From: an uncultured Candidatus Pelagibacter sp.
GTDB taxonomy: Bacteria > Pseudomonadota > Alphaproteobacteria > Paracaedibacterales > CAIOTO01
NCBI GenBank assembly: GCA_964415115.1
Contig: CAYPYB010000001.1
Coordinates: forward strand, 75,228-139,227
Length of the DNA: 64,000 nt
Reading direction: 5' to 3'
In this document: positions 47,624 to 56,538 of the stretch, one piece after another
Layout of the letters: the number at the start of each line of letters is the position of its first letter
Numbering within the stretch: the first letter of the stretch is position 1
The notes under the pieces: generated by a model
What the model was told of the DNA's origin: nothing
What the model saw: the letters and a program-made list of their open reading frames with translations, nothing else
Database searches by the model: none
Position numbers and translations under genes: made by a program

Positions 47624-48495
47624 GCGATGGTATTTTGTTTTAAAATCACTTTTAGTATTTCACATCTCCACGTTTGATAAAATGGATGCATTAAGTTTTC
47701 GGGATCTAAAACAAAAGATTGAATCATTTCATTTGAAGCTAGAATCGATAATGGAATCGAAACATCATGAGAAACTTTTTGAATATTTTTTTTACAATCA
47801 AAGAACTTTTGCCTATGCACCATGTCTAAACGAATATGTTCTAGGGATGTTTTTTCAACCATAAGAACGTTGTGTAAATATTCTTCATACTCTTTGTGAT
47901 AAGCCTTACACCAGTTATAACGACCTAAATTTTTTAGTTCATCTTGAATTTGAGGGAAGATTCTTTGAATATAATAAACATCATTTGCGGCATATGCTAT
48001 TTGATCTGTTGATAGCGGCCTATTGCTCCATTGGCTATGTTGTAAAGACTTATCAATAATCACGTCCAAGTAATGATCTGCTAATTCAGACAAACCAATA
48101 CTCAGACCAAAACCTAAAAAACTAGCAGCAACTTGAAGGTCAAAAAAAGCATGAGGGAAAAGTCCAATAGATTCAAATATTCCTTCTAAATCTTGGCGGA
48201 CACTATGAAATACAAATGTCTTTTTTGTCTTTAAAAAAAATTGCTTTAAAGATTCTTGTATCGATTTTTGCTGACAATCTAATATGTATATTTTAGATTC
48301 TTCTGATTTATCAAGTTGTTCATGTGTAATTTGCAGCAGCTGTAATGTCGGTAGTGAATCTTTTATTCGGATAAATTCTGTATCACAAAATAAATAGTCC
48401 GTTTGAACTTCATATAATTCTTGAAGCACCGCACTTGCTTTTTCCTCAGAATCAATCCATTCATATATTAATTTACTAATCATTTTTCTTTCCAA
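47620..48495 (-). CDS. rnd: ribonuclease D-like 3'-5' exonuclease
   Basis: DEDD-type motifs are present: FCDTEFIR, VFHSVRQDLEGI and YAANDVYYI. The ATG at 48483 would overlap the trkH stop as ATGA. Confidence 0.75.
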   Translation of the reverse strand: MERKMISKLIYEWIDSEEKASAVLQELYEVQTDYLFCDTEFIRIKDSLPTLQLLQITHEQLDKSEESKIYILDCQQKSIQESLKQFFLKTKKTFVFHSVRQDLEGIFESIGLFPHAFFDLQVAASFLGFGLSIGLSELADHYLDVIIDKSLQHSQWSNRPLSTDQIAYAANDVYYIQRIFPQIQDELKNLGRYNWCKAYHKEYEEYLHNVLMVEKTSLEHIRLDMVHRQKFFDCKKNIQKVSHDVSIPLSILASNEMIQSFVLDPENLMHPFYQTWRCEILKVILKQNTIA

Positions 48496-49937
48496 AATGA
48501 AGGCATAAAGAGTATTAGAATTGTAATTAACTCCAAACGACCCAGCACCATACTAAACATCATAACCATTTTTGTAAAAACATTTAAAGATGCTAAGGAA
48601 CCGTTTGTAGGCGACAAATCTAAACCAGACCCTACATTCCCTAATGTGCACACACTTATGGTTATGCTTTCATGAAAAGAAAGACCTTGCAGCGAAAAAA
48701 TAACCGATAATACTAAAATCGTGAAAAAATAAATGACAGCAAATGCCATGACAGCAAAAGCTATATTTTCAGAAATGTTTTCATTTTGAAATTTGGGGAC
48801 TGAAATTTGGTAAGAATTTTTCAATTGCTTTAAATATTTTTGGGTTAAATGAATCAAGATCTGAAATCTAAAAATTTTTATTCCTCCACTTGTAGACCCA
48901 GAACAACCACCACTTAAACTTAAAATAAATATCATGAGAGATATAAAGCTACCCCATTCATTATAATTATCTAATGCTAAGCCTGTTGTGCTGGCATATG
49001 AAATGACCAAAAAACTTGATTTTCTCAGTGCCACAAGCATATTAGTATGAGTTGAATAAAAATACCACAAAGTTATGATGGTTGTGACAATCAGAATATA
49101 TAACATGTAAGCTTTAAATTGACTATCACGAAATGCTGACCAATCTTTATTGAACAATAATCGAATATATAAAATAAAAGGACTTCCCCCTATGAACATA
49201 AAAAACATAATGATCATTTCATTCCAAACAGATCCAATTCCTTGAGTAATTTCGTTTGATGAAGTCAATCCACCTGTTGAAATAGATGACATCGAAAGAC
49301 AAAGTGCATCAAAAAATTTGGTTCCAGTTAATAACAACAAGAGAAGGCATAACACTGTAAAAAAGGCATAAACCGATAATATCGCGCTTGCAATTTGCGA
49401 TATTTTTGGCAAAATTTTATTGGTCTTGTCAGAAAATTCTGATCGGTAAAGTTGAATTCCACCAATACGTAATTGAGGAAAAAATGTCATGGCCATGACA
49501 ACAATTCCGATACCTCCAAGCCATTGAAGAATTGATCTCCACAAAATAACACATTTATCGATTTTTTTAATATCAGTAATGACGGTTGCACCTGTCGTTG
49601 TAAAGGAGGAAAATCCTTCAAAAAAACAATCTAAAATAGAAATGCCAGGAATATTGCCAATAAAAGGAAGCCCTGAAAAGAGAGGTAAAATCAACCAAAT
49701 AGCCGTTGTTGTAATGAATGCATCTTTCGTTCCTAAATTGATTTCACCAGAAGGTTTAAAGGATAACCACAGCATGATACCGAAAAAGAATGTTGTTACA
49801 AAGGCATAAAAAAAACGAATATTAAATAGTTCATAAACAAGAAATTCGTAAGCGATAGGTAATAGCATCGCCATCGAAAGACCCGTCAAAAGTCCACCTA
49901 CAATGTAAAATGTTGTTTTTAAATTAATTTGGTTCAT
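48480..49937 (-). CDS. trkH: Trk-type potassium transporter membrane subunit
   Basis: It is multi-TM with TrkH selectivity-loop-like motifs (FSSFTTTGATV, SISTGGLT, GGCSGSTSGGIKIFR). Confidence 0.85.
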   Translation of the reverse strand: MNQINLKTTFYIVGGLLTGLSMAMLLPIAYEFLVYELFNIRFFYAFVTTFFFGIMLWLSFKPSGEINLGTKDAFITTTAIWLILPLFSGLPFIGNIPGISILDCFFEGFSSFTTTGATVITDIKKIDKCVILWRSILQWLGGIGIVVMAMTFFPQLRIGGIQLYRSEFSDKTNKILPKISQIASAILSVYAFFTVLCLLLLLLTGTKFFDALCLSMSSISTGGLTSSNEITQGIGSVWNEMIIMFFMFIGGSPFILYIRLLFNKDWSAFRDSQFKAYMLYILIVTTIITLWYFYSTHTNMLVALRKSSFLVISYASTTGLALDNYNEWGSFISLMIFILSLSGGCSGSTSGGIKIFRFQILIHLTQKYLKQLKNSYQISVPKFQNENISENIAFAVMAFAVIYFFTILVLSVIFSLQGLSFHESITISVCTLGNVGSGLDLSPTNGSLASLNVFTKMVMMFSMVLGRLELITILILFMPSFWKEK

Positions 49938-50872
49938 TGCAATACAGGAGGAACAAAATTTTGTGGCAGTGGCGAATTTTTAGGCAACGTGTTTAAATTA
50001 GATCTTTGTCTTTTGGGCTGATTATATTGATTATTACGGTTGATTTGATATTGATTTCTTTGTGACCGATTGATTTTTCTTTTTTGTTGAGGACGAGATC
50101 CCATGGATGGGTTAGGTCGTTGATTCGTTTGAAATACTCGATTAGGAATCGATTGAGGCGCAATATTGTTTCTTAAATTGCTTCTTGGGCGTTGACTATT
50201 ACCCATGATTGTTTTTGTTGGGGCAGTCGCTGGAACATACATAACCTGAGTATTAGGCGCATATTGCATTTTAACAGGAGCACCATTAAGTCTATTATTT
50301 TGTTGAGAATTATTCATCATCCCTCGGTTTGCTAAGGCTTGACGCACAACAGGTTTTTGATGATGACCAGTCGCATGTAATACTCTTGGAGGATGCATTT
50401 TTTGTGGTTGAAATTGCGATTGATTTTTATGAACAACTTGATGTTGCCTTACAGCAGGTACTGTCTCATAGGGCAAAAAAGGATCAAATTCTGGAACATA
50501 CGAAACTTGTTCCATATTATGAGAAACCAGTTCTGAATTTAACATTTCATTCGATTCTTTGTCAGATATTTTAAGAGCCAACAAAAAACCAGAATACATG
50601 AACAAGATGCTAACAAGCACAACCACTATGCTTGTCAAAAAAACATGTGACCTATTCATCGTATTTGTTTTCCTCGCTTGGAACCATTGATTGATAAAAT
50701 TTAAAGTATACATCCATAGTGTAATTCTACCATGAAGTTCAGGAGAATAATGTGAAGAAAGTGAGCGCTCACTAAAAAGTTCTGAAGGTGTAAAATACGG
50801 AGCTTTCCTTATCAGGTCAAGCTGATAAACATCATTACGACTTAAATTCTGAGAAGCTTGCGCGACTAACAT
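49934..50872 (-). CDS. hypothetical single-pass membrane protein with a Q/N/P/R-rich C-terminal region
   Basis: It has one TM segment (VFLTSIVVVLVSILFMYSGFLLAL) at ~aa 76-100, followed by ~190 aa of low-complexity Q/N/P/R sequence. Its stop overlaps the trkH start by 4 nt. Confidence 0.55.
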   Translation of the reverse strand: MLVAQASQNLSRNDVYQLDLIRKAPYFTPSELFSERSLSSHYSPELHGRITLWMYTLNFINQWFQARKTNTMNRSHVFLTSIVVVLVSILFMYSGFLLALKISDKESNEMLNSELVSHNMEQVSYVPEFDPFLPYETVPAVRQHQVVHKNQSQFQPQKMHPPRVLHATGHHQKPVVRQALANRGMMNNSQQNNRLNGAPVKMQYAPNTQVMYVPATAPTKTIMGNSQRPRSNLRNNIAPQSIPNRVFQTNQRPNPSMGSRPQQKRKINRSQRNQYQINRNNQYNQPKRQRSNLNTLPKNSPLPQNFVPPVLQ

Positions 50873-51077
50873 TCATTCAATAAAAAGAGCCCATTTATTT
50901 AATAGTAATATAAAATGATTTCTCATACACATGTTTTTTAATTTTACAAATAGTTCAATTTCATAATGAATGATAAATAAGAAACACTTGTTAAATAAAA
51001 AAACATCCTGCTCTGAAGATACATTAAATTTATATTTTTAATTTTTATCATTATATTTTTAATAAAATAGAACATTT

Positions 51078-51103
51078 ATACATTCATTATATAATGAATG
51101 TAT
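51078..51103. repeat. perfect 26-bp palindrome ATACATTCATTAT|ATAATGAATGTAT
   Basis: Read directly. It lies 29 nt beyond the stop of 51132..52151 and ~205 nt upstream of the 49934..50872 start. The half-site ATAATGAATG recurs near 50966. Confidence 0.6.
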
Positions 51104-51131
51104 AAGATATATAATATAAAACTTTTTTATA

Positions 51132-52151
51132 TTATATATTCAGTCCATCTTTCAATGCATCAATAATACATATGATTTGATCGGTCAATGGTGTTTGAGA
51201 ATAGTCCGTTATTACTTCAGAAGAATCTGCCTTATTAATATCAGAAACTAAGAAAGCACGTTGTGACCGATACAGTTCTTTTACAAAAACTCTGGACGTT
51301 GATGTCATGGCATCATGTTCATAAATAATAGGTTTTATTCTCAAACTAAGTGCTTCAGAAATCATAGATGTAGATTCTCCCGGAAGAATCAGACCTACAC
51401 CTTTATTTTCAAAACAAAACTTCAACGCAGCATCCCAAAAACTGGGTGAGCCAAATTTAAAATCTTCAATTCTCCATAAAGGTTGATTTTGCGTCATCAC
51501 ACATTGTGTAATATAATCCGTTGTTGTTCGGTGTGCCGTATGATCTACTTGATCGCCATTTTCCAAATATTTACCGGTACGAGGACCGTTTAGAAATAAC
51601 AACTCTTGATTTTTAGGAAGTTGATTAATCAAGGTATTTACCATAACACGATCATACTTTACCCAACGACCGTCCGATTGTTCTGTATCACCGGCCAACA
51701 TCACTATAAATTTTGTTTGCTCAGAAATGATTCCTGCTGGAGACTTATAAGCTTTTATATAATCGATCGTTTTTCCATGCAACACCCCATCAATGGTAAT
51801 GATTTTTTGACGACGATCTTTTAGAAAATCAAATTTTTCATCAACGGCATGTTTGGGGATCACAAGAATAATATCTGTTGAAATATCTTTTAACGCATCT
51901 AACCACTGCCATGTTAGTAATATTCTATGAACACCTTCAGGGCAACTCTGCTTAAAAGCTTCGCATCCACTGTGCCCTGCACCTATTGTAATATTTTTTA
52001 TTGCTAATTGCTCGTCATTTTGAATATAAGACCTTAATGCCAGGATCATCTGTTGCTCACCTTTATTAGAGGTTTCAATATCAACGGATCCATGGGCTTG
52101 AATAATAAACAGAAATAGAGCAAATAAGTTTAAAATTTTTTTCATCATCAA
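51132..52151 (-). CDS. signal-peptide protein resembling the ELM1/DUF1022 family
   Basis: It has a signal peptide MMMKKILNLFALFLFIIQAHG. The block order resembles my recollection of DUF1022 (IILVIPKH..., FIVMLAGD..., LLFLNGPRTG, GLILPGESTSMISEALSLRIKPIIY). This is not verified by search. Confidence 0.5.
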   Translation of the reverse strand: MMMKKILNLFALFLFIIQAHGSVDIETSNKGEQQMILALRSYIQNDEQLAIKNITIGAGHSGCEAFKQSCPEGVHRILLTWQWLDALKDISTDIILVIPKHAVDEKFDFLKDRRQKIITIDGVLHGKTIDYIKAYKSPAGIISEQTKFIVMLAGDTEQSDGRWVKYDRVMVNTLINQLPKNQELLFLNGPRTGKYLENGDQVDHTAHRTTTDYITQCVMTQNQPLWRIEDFKFGSPSFWDAALKFCFENKGVGLILPGESTSMISEALSLRIKPIIYEHDAMTSTSRVFVKELYRSQRAFLVSDINKADSSEVITDYSQTPLTDQIICIIDALKDGLNI

Positions 52152-52274
52152 TTTTTTTTACAAGATCTACATGTAAAGTAATATCAAATGAATGAGAAAT
52201 CAAATTGAAAATAAAAACATCACCAATAATTTTGAGGAGCTATCTAGACTTTTAAAAATAAGAATTTTGTCTTC

Positions 52275-52664
52275 TTACTTTTTATTTTTTTGACTCCACA
52301 CTTTAATCATATTATCTAAACTTAACAACACATCATCTAGAACTTTCTTATTTTTTTCTTGCGCCAATTGATTAACAGTTGACGTGAGAACTTCAAAATA
52401 AATTTCCCATGATAGTTGATTTTTGTTCATACCATGAATAGTTTTTGTGTAATCTTCTTTTGTTTCTGTTTGAAAAAATTCTTTCAATCCATACATCACA
52501 AATATTGCTTTTTGATATAAATTAGAAAAACTTTCAAAATCACCTAAATCACGTTTTTCTTCTGCTTCTTGCAAGTAACGACGCAAGCTTTTAAATAAAA
52601 AGGCCACCTGTAAAGTTGGGTGTTGATAAGTAATAGATAGATTTTGAAATTTTGTATATGTCAT
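52275..52664 (-). CDS. fliS: flagellar export chaperone
   Basis: It is a ~129-aa helical protein immediately after fliD (the canonical fliC-fliD-fliS order). The preferred ATG at 52664 has AGGA 8 nt upstream. The track ORF start (52712) would overlap fliD. Confidence 0.6.
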   Translation of the reverse strand: MTYTKFQNLSITYQHPTLQVAFLFKSLRRYLQEAEEKRDLGDFESFSNLYQKAIFVMYGLKEFFQTETKEDYTKTIHGMNKNQLSWEIYFEVLTSTVNQLAQEKNKKVLDDVLLSLDNMIKVWSQKNKK

Positions 52665-52677
52665 TGTTTTTCCTAAT

Positions 52678-54759
52678 TTAATGGTCACTTTTCTTACCTG
52701 TCCAGATGTCAATCATATTTAAGATTTGAGCAAATCGTTCATCCTGAGCATATAAAACAGCTAGTAAAGACTCCAGATGTTTTTTTTTATTTTCCCAACT
52801 CTGATTCAGACTTTCTATTTTTCTTTCATCCGTTTCATTCAATTGCTTGATATTTGAAACAGCTACATCAAATAAACTGGTGGGTGTCTCTAGGCCAACT
52901 TTTCTTTTTGTTGCGGCCGTAATTTCTTTGGCAAAATCTTTAGCTATTCCTTGAGTGAGCACCATTTTCGATTTGATCCCTGATCCACCCATAACAAGAG
53001 TGCTCGATTTAGGTTCAAATAAAATATTGATACCAGAATAAATAGAATCTGACGGACATTCTATATAGCCCGACTGAACTTTATAAATGGTTAAGTCAGC
53101 ATTTCCAGAACTTGATAAAGTAACAACCACATCCGGCAACGTAACAGATGTTTGCAACGACGTACCATTTTGGATATTGTCACCTATAAAATTTATCGTT
53201 ACACCAGCAAGATATGAATCATCAGGAAAACTGATAACATTGTTAACCACACTTGCAGAAGTAATAGAAGAAATACCTGATACACCTGAAACAAGAACTG
53301 AATAATTTCCTTCTCCATCTCTTTGCAGCGATAAATCCACTGTTTTCCCCACCAAATCCGAATCAAAAAAATCATTTCTTGGTTTAGGAATGCTGAAATT
53401 TGCGGAAAAAGTTTCATCTGTTGATGATGCCCCGACCAACGCATAATCGATTGATATCTCTTTACCTAAAATCGCTGGATTTAATTTTTCAGGAAACTTA
53501 GCAATGTTAAATTCGGAATTACTAAACTCTGCATAATCGCCAAAAAGTTTGACGACATTTTTATAATCCCCATTCATAATCTTTGTCACCAACGTCCCCT
53601 GATCGATCAATAGCATTCCTTCAACTTCATCATTATTTCCACTTTGTCCTGATACAAATGTAATTCCTAAATCACCTAAAGATAACAACGAAGAACTTGT
53701 TGAGGATCCTCCTAAACCGGCTATATTTTTAGAGCTATGTAACATATGTTTAATCTGAACAATGACAGCGTTATCCTTTAAAACAGCTTCTTTGTTTTTT
53801 CCGTCTTGATCATCAGAATATTTAGCCATCGTTTTTACTACATCGTTATAAGCATCTACAAATTGAGTGATATTGAGATATGCCGCTTCCTTATGATGCT
53901 CCACAGAAAACACTGTGTCTTTTGTTGATACGCTATTTAAATTAATAGTGACACCATCCATTAAATTCGTAATAACATTGGAATTTCTTTCGATATCAAT
54001 ATTATCAAACTTAAATTTTGCAATCAAATCTGAAACATCAGTAGTTGTAACAGGTATACAAAGACCTTGATCACCAGAAATCGTACTATCCGTTCCTTGA
54101 AAATTAATGGGTTTTACAAATTCTATAGATTCTAAAACTAATTTATGTCCACCAAATTCTGTTGTTTGAATCGTAGATGCCGAAACCCCTGTATCTTCTG
54201 TTTTTAAATTTATTTTGGACACAATATCGTTCAAAGTATCAGTTGTACTAATATCGATGAGAACATTATTAATCGATAAATTTCCTGAAAAACCAACTTC
54301 TTGCGTTAATGTTGACGCGCTGTAATTAGTTACAATTTTATCTTTTGTTGCTTTCTGATAAACATTAATAGAAAAATCATTAGACGTAACCTGAGCTGAA
54401 GAACTTACTAAAATACTTACAGCATCATCTGTAGATTTTATCTTAGCCGTTCGGATGTCAATACCGTTTGATAAACCCGAAGAATTTCTCAAAGGTGCTG
54501 TTGTATCATTTGTTAAGCTTTCCAACGATTTTTTAAGGATATTCAGTTTATCTCTAAGCACTTCTATAGCTGGAATCTCTTGTTCCGTTCGAATCTTTAT
54601 TTTATCTTTAAATTCAACCGTTTTTTCTGTTTTAATATCTTCAGTTGCCTTAATAATTTCGCTGTAATCTACAGAATTATTATAAATACGTTTTATAAGA
54701 TGCAGGTGTCCCTCCGCATCCTTTTGAATATGACTAAAATTTGATGTTGATACAGTCAT
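52678..54759 (-). CDS. fliD: flagellar filament capping protein (hook-associated protein 2)
   Basis: It is 693 aa with heptad-like N- and C-terminal segments and a large T/S/N/V-rich beta-type middle. It lies directly between flagellin and fliS. The call rests mostly on context and architecture. Confidence 0.65.
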   Translation of the reverse strand: MTVSTSNFSHIQKDAEGHLHLIKRIYNNSVDYSEIIKATEDIKTEKTVEFKDKIKIRTEQEIPAIEVLRDKLNILKKSLESLTNDTTAPLRNSSGLSNGIDIRTAKIKSTDDAVSILVSSSAQVTSNDFSINVYQKATKDKIVTNYSASTLTQEVGFSGNLSINNVLIDISTTDTLNDIVSKINLKTEDTGVSASTIQTTEFGGHKLVLESIEFVKPINFQGTDSTISGDQGLCIPVTTTDVSDLIAKFKFDNIDIERNSNVITNLMDGVTINLNSVSTKDTVFSVEHHKEAAYLNITQFVDAYNDVVKTMAKYSDDQDGKNKEAVLKDNAVIVQIKHMLHSSKNIAGLGGSSTSSSLLSLGDLGITFVSGQSGNNDEVEGMLLIDQGTLVTKIMNGDYKNVVKLFGDYAEFSNSEFNIAKFPEKLNPAILGKEISIDYALVGASSTDETFSANFSIPKPRNDFFDSDLVGKTVDLSLQRDGEGNYSVLVSGVSGISSITSASVVNNVISFPDDSYLAGVTINFIGDNIQNGTSLQTSVTLPDVVVTLSSSGNADLTIYKVQSGYIECPSDSIYSGINILFEPKSSTLVMGGSGIKSKMVLTQGIAKDFAKEITAATKRKVGLETPTSLFDVAVSNIKQLNETDERKIESLNQSWENKKKHLESLLAVLYAQDERFAQILNMIDIWTGKKSDH

Positions 54760-54797
54760 AACGGTCTAAAAAATAGGTTGTATAAAAGCAAGTATGC

Positions 54798-54832
54798 AAA
54801 AAACGTTCCAACTATAAAGAAGGAACGTTTTT
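54798..54832 (-). terminator. intrinsic terminator after flagellin (AAAAACGTTCC-loop-GGAACGTTTTTT on the minus strand)
   Basis: Read directly. The stem core is AACGTTCC/GGAACGTT with a 12-nt loop and a T-run on the transcribed (minus) strand. It starts 10 nt after the fliC stop. Confidence 0.6.
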
Positions 54833-54842
54833 ATTTAAAGTA

Positions 54843-56327
54843 TTAACGCAAGTTTTTTTCGACAAGTGCTGCAAGTTTAGCTGGCTCCTCTAAAGTTTTA
54901 CTAAAAACGGCTGATGCCATTTGAGATAAAGCCGAATATTGTGTTGATTCTTGCAAAGCAACCGCAATATCTACGCCTGTAAGGGTTGCTTTTGCTGCTG
55001 TTTCATTTTGAATTTGAAGCTGCAACGCTTCACTTTGACCATTAAGCTGAGCTTTTTTACCGCCTAAATCTGCAATCATATTATTAACTTGATTGAGTGC
55101 GGAATCAATTAGATCTGCTGCAGAAACAGCCGTTTCTTTTGTTGTAATGGATGCACCACTTAATCCTAAAAGTGTCACTGTTGTTGGTTGAAAATTAATG
55201 TCTAACATTGAATCTGGATCAGCACCAATCTGAATTTGCATCGTGCGGCTTACACCACCTGCAACGTCAAAGATTTCATACCCAGCACTATTTTCTCGTT
55301 CATTCATCGTTCCTGCTGTAATAATACTTAAACCATTTTCAAAAACAACCGTTCTACTAGCCGTTCCATTAGCTGTTTCTGAATCTGTCTTTGCATCAAA
55401 AGTTTGCGTGAAAATATTTTTACCATCGCTTAACTGGTATGTAATTTTTTCTACAACATCATCGTAGCCGTAACTGATAGAATATTTACCAGGAATAGTT
55501 GCTGTTCCTGTTGAAACATTTGATATTGAAGCTGACAAATCAACAGATTCAGATCTCAAAGAAATGGGTGTGCCTACATCAACTTTAAAGAGTTTTTTTA
55601 ATTGTATTCCTACATTTGAAACAGATGTTAAACCTGTATCAGATACTGTTAATCCAATGCTGGTTGCGGAATCTATAGTACTTGTCAACTGGAACCGACC
55701 TTCTGTTGCATAGTCAATAGTTCCTTTAAAAGTTTGAGTACCAACTTTTAATGTAATTTCAGCCGAGTTTGCAGATTTCTGTGCAACACTTATATCGCTT
55801 ACAGCACCCATCATAAATCCTTCAAGAGCTAAAGCGTTATTAAAATCTGTTGTTGTTTCCCCAGAAGTAGTTCCAGCTGTAGGCAAAGCACCAAATCGGG
55901 TTGCTGAACTTGCAGCACCTTTAAATAAAGAAACCTCGTTCCATTTAGTGTCGGCGATAATATCAATCCCTGCTATGTGGTTTTGAAATGTTTGATTTAA
56001 CATTTTACGTGCAGAGTCATTAATAGCGTCTGTGTTTGCCTGTGCAGTTAAAGCTTTCATTTGGGTTAGATTTTCAACCAACCGAGACAAAGAACCAGAC
56101 GCCAACTGAATCAAAGAAATACCTTGATTTACGTTTGCATTCGCTTGTTGTTCTGCTACAATATTGGTTTCCAACAAAGAACCCAATGCAGCACCCGATG
56201 GATTATCTGTCGGATCAGAATCTGTACGACCTGAAGCTAATTGATGGTTTGCCCTTGTTAATTTCCTTTGGTTATCATCCATATACCTACGTGCATTAAA
56301 AGCACCAATATTATTATTTACTGCCAT
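54843..56327 (-). CDS. fliC: flagellin (divergent)
   Basis: The N-terminal D0/D1-like segment reads MAVNNNIGAFNARR...QLASGRT...NVNQGISLIQLASGSLSRLVENLTQMKALTAQA. The C-terminal D1/D0-like segment reads VDIAVALQESTQYSALSQMASAVFSK. The centre is T/S/G-rich. AGGA lies 8 nt upstream of the ATG. Confidence 0.8.
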   Translation of the reverse strand: MAVNNNIGAFNARRYMDDNQRKLTRANHQLASGRTDSDPTDNPSGAALGSLLETNIVAEQQANANVNQGISLIQLASGSLSRLVENLTQMKALTAQANTDAINDSARKMLNQTFQNHIAGIDIIADTKWNEVSLFKGAASSATRFGALPTAGTTSGETTTDFNNALALEGFMMGAVSDISVAQKSANSAEITLKVGTQTFKGTIDYATEGRFQLTSTIDSATSIGLTVSDTGLTSVSNVGIQLKKLFKVDVGTPISLRSESVDLSASISNVSTGTATIPGKYSISYGYDDVVEKITYQLSDGKNIFTQTFDAKTDSETANGTASRTVVFENGLSIITAGTMNERENSAGYEIFDVAGGVSRTMQIQIGADPDSMLDINFQPTTVTLLGLSGASITTKETAVSAADLIDSALNQVNNMIADLGGKKAQLNGQSEALQLQIQNETAAKATLTGVDIAVALQESTQYSALSQMASAVFSKTLEEPAKLAALVEKNLR

Positions 56328-56371
56328 TTTTTTTCCTATTTATTTCATTAACTTAACCATAAAACAAATAA

Positions 56372-56387
56372 TGCAAAATATATGCCA
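56372..56387 (-). promoter_or_regulatory. sigma-54 (-24/-12) type promoter upstream of flagellin: TGGCAT-N5-TTGCA
   Basis: The minus strand reads TTGGCATATATTTTGCAT. GG and GC are spaced exactly as in the consensus TGGCACG-N4-TTGCW. The -12 element lies ~45 nt upstream of the fliC ATG. Confidence 0.55.
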
Positions 56388-56538
56388 AAATATAAAATAT
56401 AAAATATATATAATTAAATCATATTTAAAACATCTATAAATATAAATAATGATAAAATTATTGAAAGTAAAATAAATATGAAGTTAGATAAAAAATTACT
56501 ATTTGAATCTATGATGGGAAAAATATTCTCAGTTTTAA

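Noticed and set aside
47601-47864. 87-aa + strand ORF after kup
   Set aside because: It is antisense to the 3' part of rnd, whose DEDD motifs support the minus-strand reading.
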